A DNA stretch of 64,000 bases. Origin: Nitrospirales bacterium. Lineage in GTDB: Bacteria > Nitrospirota > Nitrospiria > Nitrospirales > UBA8639. Shown here one piece after another: positions 1-12,000 of this stretch (its first letter is position 1; the number at the start of each line of letters is the position of its first letter). Location: contig CBDBCZ010000009.1 of NCBI GenBank assembly GCA_965203295.1, positions 192,001 to 256,000 on the forward strand. Direction: 5' to 3'. The notes under the pieces are model-generated. The model was not told the DNA's origin, did not search any database, and worked only from the letters and a program-made list of their open reading frames with translations. The position numbers and the translations under genes are program-made.

Positions 1-92
1 ATGGCTACTGTAAAGGAATGTCCTGTTGTTGCTATCCCATCCTCAGTGGGTGGGTCACTGTAGCCAAGTAGTAATGAGTGGCAACTATACAG

Positions 93-398
93 TAGTGTTG
101 TTTTGGTTAACTGAAACTAAAAGCAAAATGTGTTTTAGTAGGAGCAAAAACACATTTAGTTAACTAACTAAAACTAAAACTTCAAGGGTATTGGCCTCTG
201 AGAATAAACTATAACTAAACTAATACTTTTTTCACCAGAATCTCCACATTTAGTTATGGTTAACTAATACTAAAACACTTTTAGTAACCCTTTTTTCCTT
301 TTAGTTAACTAACTAAAACCAAAACTAAATTTTCTTCTTCACTAGCTTTTTTACTAAAACTAAATCTAATTATGTAAAGCCATACTAAAACAACACTA
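93..398. mobile_element. hAT-type MITE
   Basis: TIRs TAGTGTTGTTTT...AAAACAACACTA; 8-bp TSD CTATACAG (85-92, 399-406); a paralogous empty site with a single CTATACAG is at 2050-2057. Confidence 0.85.
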
Positions 399-3239
399 CT
401 ATACAGACAGGCAGTACTACAACTGATGAGTGTTGCAGGAAGCCTGGGATGGAGACTAGTGAGCATACCATAAAGTAGTACATTCCATTGGTGGTTTCCA
501 TACTCCAAACTCAATAGTCCTGTGACTATACCCAGTGAGGCTACACATCATGCGATAGACTATTTCCAGCTATTGTGCTATACATCCTGTGGCTGATTAT
601 AAGGAAACAGGAAATTCTTCACAAAAGCCATGGCAACAACTGGTTACCATGTAAACCTAACAGAGAAGTGGTTTCAGGTGCAAAGTACATGTGTGTTCAG
701 AGGGTACAGGGGTATATAAGAGCAAGCTGAACGAAATTACCTCAACAGAAAGACCATCTTGATGTAGAGTTACCAAGCTCAAGCTAATTAGTCCATTAGA
801 GAAACTCGTCAGAGAGCAGGTTAGTAACAGTTTATGTGCATCATGAGATCAGAGGAGGTAGGACATGATTCCTATAGAGGATAATATCTCACCAGTCTAT
901 ACTGAGAATGACTCTGAGAATGACCTGCAGTTTATCCCACCATTATTGGAGGAAAGTCCAGAATGTATAAAGGTGTTGTTCATTATTATACCAATCCAAA
1001 GAGTTTTCTCTTGAAATCAGAATTAGATGTTACAGTCGACGTATATGGACCTGCTGGTGAGGTATTCTACAAAAGCCATGTCCAACCTCCTCTGAACAAT
1101 AGCAGAACCTAGTACACTGTTTTACATTGTATCCCGCTGTTACCATGGCTACTGTATAGGAATTTATTGTTTCAGCTAATTAGGCAGGCTGTGCATGTGG
1201 TATGCTTGTTCACAATACAGTGAAGTAATCATGTGCTTAGGTAGTTATGTACTAGGTAAATGCAGGGCACTGTGAGGTGAGTGGGCATGTGTACGTGTGT
1301 GATCTGCTGAGATGTAGCTAATGTAGCCAATAATAATGTAGCCAATTGTGCACAGCTTGAAAATCTTTGGAATGAGTACCAATCTTGGTACTGGCTGTGT
1401 AATTACAGCAACATGCATGGTAAAATTAAATTTGCTAGATTGACATACGTAGGTCAAGTGCGTTTGGTGATGTCAGGTAACCGTGACTTGATAAAAAGTG
1501 GTCGTGATTTAGTTTTCTGCTGTTCTACTTACCTAATTGCATTCCACTAGCAACAATTGTTTAGCTTCCAAACCCCAACCTGAACAGGTACTGTGTAGTT
1601 GAGCCAATGAGATTAGGCTTAACACATCATGCACTCCTTGCTGCACTAAACTCGTAGCTACACATAAGTACGCATGTTCGTAATCAGGTTCTCCTTGTGT
1701 ACATATATATGTTAGGAAATTTCATTTCTTCCACACAGCACATTCGGACATTCAAATATTGCTTATTTACTTGTGCTTCTTTCTCTGAGGCAGACTCTTG
1801 CCTCCTCTGAACCGCTATTGGTTTGTGCCTATACATCCCCATTGCTCTGCTCACTTGTTACAGTTTCACAACTCCAGGAGATACACTATCTCCCAGCCCA
1901 GCCCAGCCCAGCCCATTCCCAAGAACCTCATCCCAATTTCTCCAACCTTACCCTGTTGTTGCTATGTTACTGCATAGGAATTGCTATCCCATCCTCTGCT
2001 AATCTGGTGGGCAGGTCAATGTAGTCAAGTAGTATTGACTGGCATCAACCTATACAGACCAGCAGTTTACCTATGTCTGCAAATGACAGACATTGCAGGA
2101 GGCCTGGAATTGAGGCTATATCATTCAGGACTCAGTGATGGGTGTACTTAGTCAGCTCCTAGCTTACCAGCAGTTTGTCAGTCCCTCGATCATCTGTAGA
2201 AAATTTCACAGGACCCTTTAAAAGTGGTTCATTACAGTTTCTATTTTCTACCTAACATTACCTTTTACATGTACGTACATACATGCCCAGCCTTTTATCT
2301 TTACACTTGGCAGTGTATACTATCCAGTGATATACCATACATTGAGAAATTTTCATATTGAATTTCGTCAGTTAATTTTTGTGCTGTTTCATTTCAGGAA
2401 ACCAGAAGTGTAGCTTTATTGGTCGGCGTTTGATGTTGAAAAATTAAATTTTCGTCGTCATAGGATGCTGACAAAACTTCAGTGAAGATTTTAAGATAAG
2501 GGAAAATGTGTGTACATTCAAATAACACTTCACCCCACTACACATGCTTGCACGCCATTCTTAATTACGTATTAGTACAAGTATGAGTCACTAGACCTGT
2601 AGCTATCTGATTTTAGTGGTCTGAGACTACTAGTGTACAGTGTTGACACTATTGTAATTCCACGTCTGAATGATTCAATGTCTGGTGAAACAGCCATCGA
2701 AGTCAAGTGAGAGGATAACTACACGCATGGTGTATTTGGTGACATTAAGTAGTTGTGATTTGATGAAATGTTGTCACAATTTCTTGCTATAGCAAGTTTC
2801 GTGAGTGCGTTAATGGCTGCCCCAAGTTATATTGCATTACTTCATAGTGTTGTAGGTGCCTGTGGTGACTGTTTCTCAATCGTGTTATGGATGCCCCTAA
2901 GCTGTATCTTACTTCATAGGCCCTGTGGTGACCGTGCATCCTTAATTTCATAGACCCCGTGCTTCACTGCTGCAGCACTGAAGTGTCTGTTTCGAGAGTG
3001 TGCCTGGTTCATCCAGCTAAAGCAGTGTGGACTCGCTCCCACACTCATCTTTTGAGGTTCTTCAATGGTAGCCTTGTGCTAGATGACAAGGGGCGGTGCC
3101 TGTTAGTGTCGACGAATGCATGCATGTCATTTTAATGGAGGCGGTATCGAAGGACCAGCTGTCCTATAGGCCTAACTCGGACCTACGTAGGCAAATTGCT
3201 AAAATCTGCGTGGAAAATGGAAAGTGGGTATGATATAAA

Positions 3240-5040
3240 ACGCGGACTGGACCGACGGACTTGACTCCGAACCACTTTGGTTTAGCTCTCACCAAAATCC
3301 GGACTTGAGTTACGGACTGAGTAGAAATGCACGACAATGTAAATATTAACAGATCAATGTTTAAAAAGATAAAATGCACAATAGTATCCAATAGATCAAT
3401 GTTTAGATAAATATACTGATATAGCTAACACCGACATACGTAATAAAGCCAGTGAGCTGTACATGTACCAAGGAGTCTAAATTGCCATAATTATAAATTG
3501 TCAATCTGAATATGACACAGGGAATGAGGAAAGGACAAGAATAACACATTCTACTCTTCAACTCGTGAACAATCCTGTACTGATACATAGCATGGTAAAT
3601 TAAAAATGTATGTGGCAAAAATAATTTATAGGAATGTACCATATAATTTGTTAACACTACATCTTACAACCCTCCTGTTGTTAAGTTATTTTGTTGAGAT
3701 GTGCTCAGTGGGCAGTAATGAGTGGGCAGCCAGGCATACATTGAAGTGAAAGAACGTAGCAGATACCACAGGGCAGAGGAGCATATTGCCTGCACAGCTG
3801 AGGATGATATAGCTAGACAACAACATGCAGGAAATTCCTATGCAATAGCCATGGCAACAACAGGGTACCATGTATAACAGAACAGTGGGGACTGCACACA
3901 TCAGTATTAAGTTAGAGAAAGATCTATTAGTGCATATCATGTAGGAATGGATTTCCTCAAAACAAGGTAAGTAGCAGATACCACAGACCATTGGGTAGCC
4001 AAGCATAAGTGAAAGAGAACAGCAGAAACAACAGGGCAGAGGGAAATCATGAAAACTCAGTATAATCGTTAAGCAAATTTAGGAAAAAGAATCGTTAAGT
4101 TTCATGCACACTGGCTACATCACATCTCAATCACGTATAAACATGCGCTTACTTATGCTCACCCCACAGTGCCCTGTATCTTAGTCTACAACTACATGCT
4201 AGCTGATAGCAAGCTGAGAGCTGGGCTCAGTCCTGCCAGGCCAATTATTATTATTTTTTTACATAAATGTTTCCTCTCAATTGGCGCTTCCTGGTTCTTT
4301 TTGTATATGCACAGTGGAACCTTGCTATTCCGAACCTCTGAAATACATATAACTAGGTGAACAAATTAGCAGCCCCTCCCATGTGCATGTATTACTACTA
4401 GAGAGAGGGCAGGAGCCCAGAGTTGGCCATGAAACCAACTAAGCATACATCTATAAATATCAAGCAGTATAGCTTCAGCTTACTATGGCTTCAAGGTGGG
4501 GTCACTGTCCGTAAAGTACTTTTCCATTAAGTATTGCTGAGTGAAGGAATTTAGTAATGGTATTGCTGTGAAGTGTTTCTGGAGATCCTGGCAGAGCAAT
4601 TAAGTGCATGCTAGAGCAATTACACTTATATAGAGCAATCACATCCTTATTAATTTACCTTTCGAACACAAATCTTATCACACATTGTCATGTTGTTAGC
4701 TACAGACATTGTCTATACACCACATATTGGACAGCATAGCCGATGGAAATCATATAAATAGGTGTGTCAGATTAAAATTAATACAATTCACACTTACTTT
4801 ATAGTCTGGTAGCTTAGTCACTCCCGGCCATGATCTCTCACTTGGTGTGCCAATAAACGTGGAGCGCAGTCAAGGAATATCAAGTCTGCTGATTGAATTA
4901 CATGTAGTTATTATCCTTACCCATGGCAGGATGTTTTTCCATTCAGACATGTCATTATGTAGGTGTTGCAATTTTGAGATGCTCATGCAATGAAAAGCTC
5001 AAAAACAAACCCTTTGCCCCTTTGGCCTAAGAGAAATGAG
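3240..5040 (+). repeat. Diverged segmental duplicate of ~14088-16478 (CDK5 3' end, 3' flank and Roco upstream region)
   Basis: Colinear shared blocks: CGCGGACYGGACCGAYGGAC (3241/14088), AGCCCCTCCCATGTGCATGTATTACTACTAGAGAGAGGGCAGGAGCCCAGAGTTGGCCAT (~4371/~15117), the CDK5 exon 10 copy and intron sequence up to ~5040. Confidence 0.9.
4483..4858 (-). pseudogene. CDK5: CDK5 3' fragment (exon 10 copy plus last codons of exon 11)
   Basis: 4858-4798 encodes FIGTPSERSWPGVTKLPDYK with the U12 branch/AC acceptor retained; ~4520-4483 encodes KYFTDSDPTLKP*; most of exon 11 is deleted and upstream exons are absent. Confidence 0.85.
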
Positions 5041-5241
5041 TATACGGTATACATTCCATCCTTAAAACGGTCCACACAAAGTTAAAAATTATTATACTTA
5101 CTATTGCATGCTGATTGAGACAATTAGCTACCACACAAGCAATTATTCAGCAAATCCTCCACACAGCATGTCCGCACTGTGTATCTATACAAACACTATT
5201 CATTGCAAGCTCCACCTGCAACAAAGCCCACTCTAACTGCA

Positions 5242-5445
5242 CTATATACCTCTACATACAACAACTTGATCATTACCACACATGCATGCATTGCCGTGAA
5301 CACCCTTTTGCACGACTTGTTGCAGCTTGTTCACCAACTCCTCTACTTGTTTTGGATCGTGCTCTATCTCTTCCAGCGGGACAAAGGTGCCATTACTTTC
5401 AGATGTAGGGGCATCAGAGAATTCAGTGTCCAATTCTTGAGCCAT
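5242..5445 (-). other. Orphan exon-like ORF of unknown identity
   Basis: MAQELDTEFSDAPTSESNGTFVPLEEIEHDPKQVEELVNKLQQVVQKG has protein-like composition but no recognisable domain and no evident link to neighbouring exons. Confidence 0.2.
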
Positions 5446-6076
5446 TATCGATGTGGCATATAGTGTAGCCATACAAGTCTACCTTTTTCGGTAAAACTAG
5501 GGAGTATAATGCCCTAGCTGACCCCCCAAAAATTGTGACAGCTCTAAAACCCATAATTAAAATTGGGATATTTATTGTGTATAAAGTTTTGGAGTACTGT
5601 GCGGGATGTATTGAGCCCTCTGCCTTGAAAACTTCAAACCTCTGCCTTGAAATCTTCAAACCACTAAACTATACCACAATACATGTACATGTACCGTCTG
5701 TCTGACTTGAACTGTCGCCAAGATCACTCAGGCAGCAGGGGCTGGAAGGAGGCTCACTTTGAAGTGTATACCCTCTTTTGGTACATAAGTATCATAATAC
5801 AGGCACATGCAGCCTTTTACTACAATTACGACAAAATCAGTATCGTGGTAACTATTGGAGAAATCTATAAACTTTGCCATTCCAATCTGGTTCAGTTAAT
5901 GCATGTACTTTCACCAACTTTATTTGTCGGACTTTGCATGCACATTATCCTCTCTTCTCAGCTATCATGGCATTGAGAAAAGTGATGGAATCCATCGTGT
6001 GCTTTTAGTTGGCTGTAGAATAATCCCAACTTATTATCAATTAATTGCTTCTTTCCTGATTCAATGAATATGAGTA

Positions 6077-9000
6077 CTACAATACAAGCCTGACTATTAA
6101 AAAAAGTACATGTAGTATTATAGAATAGTCAAGAAAAAACAACAACAACAACAACAACAGCAAAAATAAAAAGCCTGATTTAATAAAATCCAAGTATTCC
6201 GAAGTTTCAGAATAATCACTTTCACCTGTAAAAATAACACAGCATGCTATTAAAGCTTGCCAGGCCACTGCCCTAGATGTAAATAAACTAACTCACCTAA
6301 CTCTTGAGCCGGCACACTACTTCTGGGCTGAGCCTGGAGAAAGAGTACTGCAATGTAACCGCAGATCTATAGGTACAGGAGTTCTCTATACAGCTCAGAC
6401 ACTTGATTTTAGCCTCATTCCCAGGCCTACATGTCTAGCTTGCATCACGTGCTGTATGAAAGCATTTTCAAAGGTGAGAGCCTGGGAACGAAGCTACATG
6501 ACTTACACCAAATGGTTTTACACAGGCAGAGGTTTAGCCAAATCGTCAATAGAGTTCTATATTGCCAAATTATGTGACTATATTGGAATAATATCTTGCT
6601 GAGTTTGCTGACTGCCAGCCTGTTACTGCACTGTAAAATTAGACACTCAAAGCTGTATTCCTAGGTTGGCTGATCGTGCAGATGACGTCAATGTTTCTTG
6701 CTGCTATGCACACACATAATTATGCAGCCCTCATTATCATTAGTTAGGTGTGCAGGAAGTAGGTGGGGTCAACAACTTCACTCGCCTGTTGGCTAGGAGA
6801 GAGCTGTGTTCTAGCAGCAGGGTGTGTGCTCCCGGCCATAGTAGTCCTAGTGGTAGGGGAGGTGTCATCACCAGCTGACAGGAGTGCAAATTGAGGAGAT
6901 TCTCTCTGGGCTCCACACTGTAGTTCTATGGAGTGATACAGATTCTAATCAACAGGAGCACACGAACCACTAACAGAGCAGCAAATACAGCATATATTAC
7001 TTGATACATTTCCATGCAAACTTATATGTGGTGATGTAAGCATGGAAACAAGATGGAAACACGATTGAGAGAGCGAGAGTGAGAGTGAATTACTGCAAGC
7101 AAAGTGAGCTCGGGTTGGCCAAGGAACGCCCGGAGTGAATGAATGAATGAAGCTGCAGCCACACTACAACTTGCAAGTACGCAATATTATCAGCATTTGG
7201 ATAGAACCACCCTTGTACATTGTTTTGTCATCTTCAGTGGCTCATCACACCTGCTATGAAACTATTAACGAATGCATTACCGCCATAGCCTCGTTCCCAA
7301 GCCCGCGCCATTTTCGGTTACACGAAAGATGTCACAGGGCCTGGGATCTAAAATCACGTGCGCGAGCCAACAGTAGAAAGGTAATTATAAGCGTGGGCGA
7401 ATACACGTGCAATTCTCAGACGAGTGAAGGTAGTGAATCTAGACTTCTTGTAGCTTTTCTTTATAGCCCGTCTATGGCGCCCGTTTGTGCCATAGACTTA
7501 CCGCTGAAAGAAAGTCTCTGGTAAAATGTAGAGAAACGCAGCCGACTTTCAAAGTAGATTATGACGTAAGTTGATCACGTGATTTTAGTTACCAGGCCCT
7601 ATGACTTTCCTTCGTGCAACTGAAAAAGTCGCGGGCCTGGGAACGAGGCTATTACTGCCATACCTGTTTGTGAAAACTGTATCTTTGTACTACCAGTCAT
7701 AATGACAGCAGTTCCTGCGTGAACATTTATAGTAGCTGCAAATCAAGAGCAGAGGTACAGCTTAATAAACAGTAGCCTTCCCCAAGGGCCTGGAAATAGC
7801 TAACTACAGCATACATTGCTGAGGTTGCTGCTCAGGGGTGTTCTGTGGCTTATCTTCCACTGCCTCGGTCACCTACATGTATACAATAAATAGATGATAG
7901 ACGTTAGCACTGTGATGTTGAGGTTCTGATGCTCTACCTTCAGCAAACAGTCGATGTCATACTCATGGTTGCACTTCACGCATAAAACCTTGGGGGAATA
8001 GTCAGGCTCCTCTGGCTCGGGGTGACTGACAAAGGTTAGAACACCATTCCAGGGACATCCTGGGGTCACACACTTCTCAATCAGGGGACCGCCATGGTAG
8101 GTCAGGCCCTGAAGATCACTCTTCTCACATATCTCCTGAAGAAACTCGCGATGAAATAAGGATATGTAGCTGTGTGGCTTTCCGGACTTTTCATCTTGTG
8201 TTGGTCTGCAAAAGAACAGTATACAAGTCACAGTTGCATGATATTGTAGACATACGCAAAACAATTACTTACATTACTGAAACTGTAAGCCTATGGCACT
8301 CTGGCTCCATCTCCAACTGCCATTTTCGTCCCGTGACGTTGTCGAACCGGCACCAGGTAGCAGAAAACTCTGGAGCCATTTTCCTTCCTCGAGTACCAGC
8401 AGACCCTGCTATCATGAGGCAGATCAAACGATGGAAAATCTCGGCGGGCAAGAAGCCATTGAAATCAAAGGAAAAAGTCACCTTCTGTATAGGATCGTCT
8501 GGTATTGGTTTGCTGGGCAGCATGCACGGAACTAGGAACTTCATTTTGGATGAGAGAGTAACGTCTACCTCACTTTGGCTCCGAGATAGTGGTTGCTGTG
8601 TGGTTGCAGAAGCTACCGGTTGACTTTTGGATCGGCCTGGAGGTGCTACAGAGTGTGGTTGGAGTGGATAGATGAGACAGTGTGCCTGGAGGATCAAGCA
8701 CAGCTGCCTGAAGGAGCACCCAGCGGATTCACTATAGCATCCTTCCCAGCATCTCCTCAGAAGCGAGGCATTGCCGATGCCTTTCCTCCTTAGGTCTCGG
8801 ATGTCTTCCCCACGATACTTCTGGCCTCCCATTTTAAGCTCCATGACTATTTTCATGACTTCAATGAGCCACTTTGGGTCGAGGAGCACGAGGCTATCAA
8901 GCTGGATCTTCTCGTCCCCGCTCAAGAAGAGAGAAGATAGTTCCTCTAAATAAGGAGAGGAAAGCTGTCAAGCATATAACTATGAAATATATTTAATTTC

Positions 9001-12000
9001 TATACTACAAACCAGGGAACTATTGTTGTATAGTCAATGGAGAAAACTGACTTACTTAGCAGGATAATGGTACCAGTGTCATGAAAAAAGCGAAGAGCGT
9101 GGTCTGCTTCCTCGATGCCACATTTTTTCCCCATCTCCTGTACCGTTTCCAGATTGATCAGTGGTGGAGTCAATCTTCCGCGATACTCTTCCCTCAGCTG
9201 GAGTAGCCCCCTCTCAAACCGCAGCCAAATTATTGGATGCTGTTCCTGTAGGAATGGTAATTCTCTGCAGGTGTTTGTCAGTTCGCTCTGCAACGTAGTG
9301 ATACCACTGGCTTCACGCTCTTCTTTACCATCCAGAGAATTTTCAATTGCGACAAAAACTCGTTCGTCACCACAAGTGTAGCAAAGATGGTGTACAGTTC
9401 GGCTATCTTCACTAAAAACTTTATCAAGTTCGTCGTGAATCATTTCAAGGTCACATTCTTTCAGTTGCTTCCCTTCTTTTGGAGCTTTGTGTGTACCAAC
9501 AAGGTACACTCGCTTCGTTATTTTGTCGTCTTCAACGGGTATGTGGATGTGAGCATGGATAGAATTCAACCAATATCGAATTTCTTCAAGGGGATTTCTT
9601 TGGGCAGGACCTTTAGAGCTGAGGTATTCGACCATGTGCTGGAGGTTGAACACCACCAGGTAAAGAGCACGTCGAGTGATGAAGCAATGGTGCATAGGCC
9701 GATACTGCTTCTGGCCAGCGAAATCATAGGCATTCAGGTGCAGCGTGGGCTCTTTAGGAGACGTAGGAGCTTTCATCATTCGGCCAACATCCTGATGGAG
9801 TCGACGGCTGACAAGAGTGCCAGATGGCCCAGAGGCTTCATTGCGGTTTTCGGTGGGTAATGCTTGCTGATTTGGCGGAGTGGAACTTGGTTGGGCAGGA
9901 TTGGGAGCTTTTTCCCTCTGAGTTTTAGGTTTTGTAGACTCCACAGGTTTTGGTTTTACCTCACGTTTGGAGGGAATGGTTTGTGGCTTCAAGTTGGAAG
10001 ACAGTGGCTCTGGAGAAGCTTGTAGCTGTGGTTGTGGTTGTGGCTGTGGTTGTGGTTGTGCCACTGGAGTGGCCTGATGGTGCAGGGGAACCTTTGATGG
10101 AGGATGAGGTATCTGCTGGTGTAGAGGGAATTCTGGGACCTCCTGCGGCTGCTCAAAGGCTGTGATGGCCTCTTCAATTCTCTTTAGCAGCTCCTCTTCT
10201 GAGATCACTGGTGGTTCCTTAGTACGCGACTTTCTCTCACGTGGTGCCTGCTGATTAGCAAGAACCCCCTCTTTCTTTAATTCCCCAATCACGCCTGTGA
10301 CTAACAGCGTATCATCCTTCCTTGCCTGGTCTTGTGGCTTTACTTCCTCCCAGGCAGCCATGCTGATCGGTCTAATATCGACTAGTGTGTCAACAAGCGT
10401 ATTGTCAATGCCACAAGTGGATTTGAGGTCTTCAAGAAAGTTCTTCCCTGTAAGTGAACGAAGTAGGCTTGTCTTCCCAACTCGTTCCTCTCCGAGAATT
10501 TGGAGACTGCATCGAGGAATTTTCTCCTTTCCTCTTCGAAGGGCTTTTCTGTAGGCCTCCTCGGCCTGTGGACCTCTCCTTTTAATCTCAGGAGGAATCA
10601 CTGCAAGTGTGGCCCAGAAAAGCTATTGAATGATATACTCTATAAAAGGGCTTACTTATCTCTTACCATCTTCAGGTAGAATTTCATCTGGAGTTTCCCC
10701 ACTCTAAACCAAAAATAGGTTGGAGGTTTTTAAACATACCACATTCATTAGCAGCAATGAATATATACCATACAGAACAAGCACTATGTCCTAACATCAA
10801 CAGCCAGTGTGCACTAACATTGTTTCTAATCCTCATTAGTTTATCTCCACCAGGTGTCCTCTTCAAGATATCAGCTACATCAAAACTGGCTTTTCTAACA
10901 GCGATATGTAAAGCGGTGTCACCCTAAAGTTTGTGACAAGAAAAATAACATTAGTTTGATATTGTGTATACTAATTGTAGTTCAGACCTACCACACTATC
11001 TTGTGTATCCAGCGAGCAGCCTTTCATAATGAGCTCCTGAGCAATGTCGAGGGAGTCATGGATTGCCGCCAGATGCAAGCCTGTCTTTCTGCCAACTTTT
11101 TGTGTCGCAGCATCTTTCTCCTCGGCACTTGCAGAGACATCAACGCCCAGGTCTTCAACACCCACGTCTCGGGCACCCTGGTCCTTCCCCAGCAGGTATC
11201 GCACCATCTCAAGCTTCTGGTACTCACAGGCCACCAGGAGAGGGGTGTAGTTTTTCTGAAAGAGACAAACCTATCACTCCTTACAACATTACAAGGATAG
11301 TCTAGCCTTACCTCTGACTTCTCATTCAAACTTTCTCTCAGTGCATGAACATTTCTCAGCAGCCATCTCATTACCTCGACACTCCCACCAGCACAGGCAT
11401 AGTGCAGTGTGTTCCACCCTTTCTGTACAAAAGTCAGACAACTTTTAAATTATGAATAATTATCATTCTGAAGTAAAAGTATACACCTTATCTTTGGCCA
11501 GGTAGAGGCTGCTGTATTCAAAGTCGGTCTGATGTGCTGCTTGCGATTCAAGCTCAGAGTGAATTTCCTTCAAGCAGTCCAGTTGTTGGTGGAAGGCTGC
11601 CAGATGCAGCACATTCATTTTTTTCTGCCAGTGAATGAAAGGGAACTATTATTCACACTACGTACACTGGGCACTATATTTAGAGTACCATAGCGTCACC
11701 TTTGTGCATACATCCAGTTTAACAGCTCCTGTACCAAGCATGCACTTGACTGCTTCCAGGTGACCATATTTAACAGCAACCATTAGAGGAGTCCACCCAC
11801 TCTCCTAATTGTAATGTAACACATTGACAGGCAGTATTTCTTGTAACCATAACTAGTTTATACGTACCTTTGACCTAGCGTTTACATCAGGTGGATCAGA
11901 TTTCACCGTGGAATCTTTTCCTTTCCCTTCTTTCGCGTAGCTGAGCAGTAACCGAAGGAGAGCTACATTCCCATTTCTGCAGGCTACATGAATTGGATTG

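Noticed and set aside
2700..3180. Possible first exon of a Roco paralog downstream of the duplicated promoter
   Set aside because: Only faint similarity to 13691-14023 and no open ankyrin-coding frame found.
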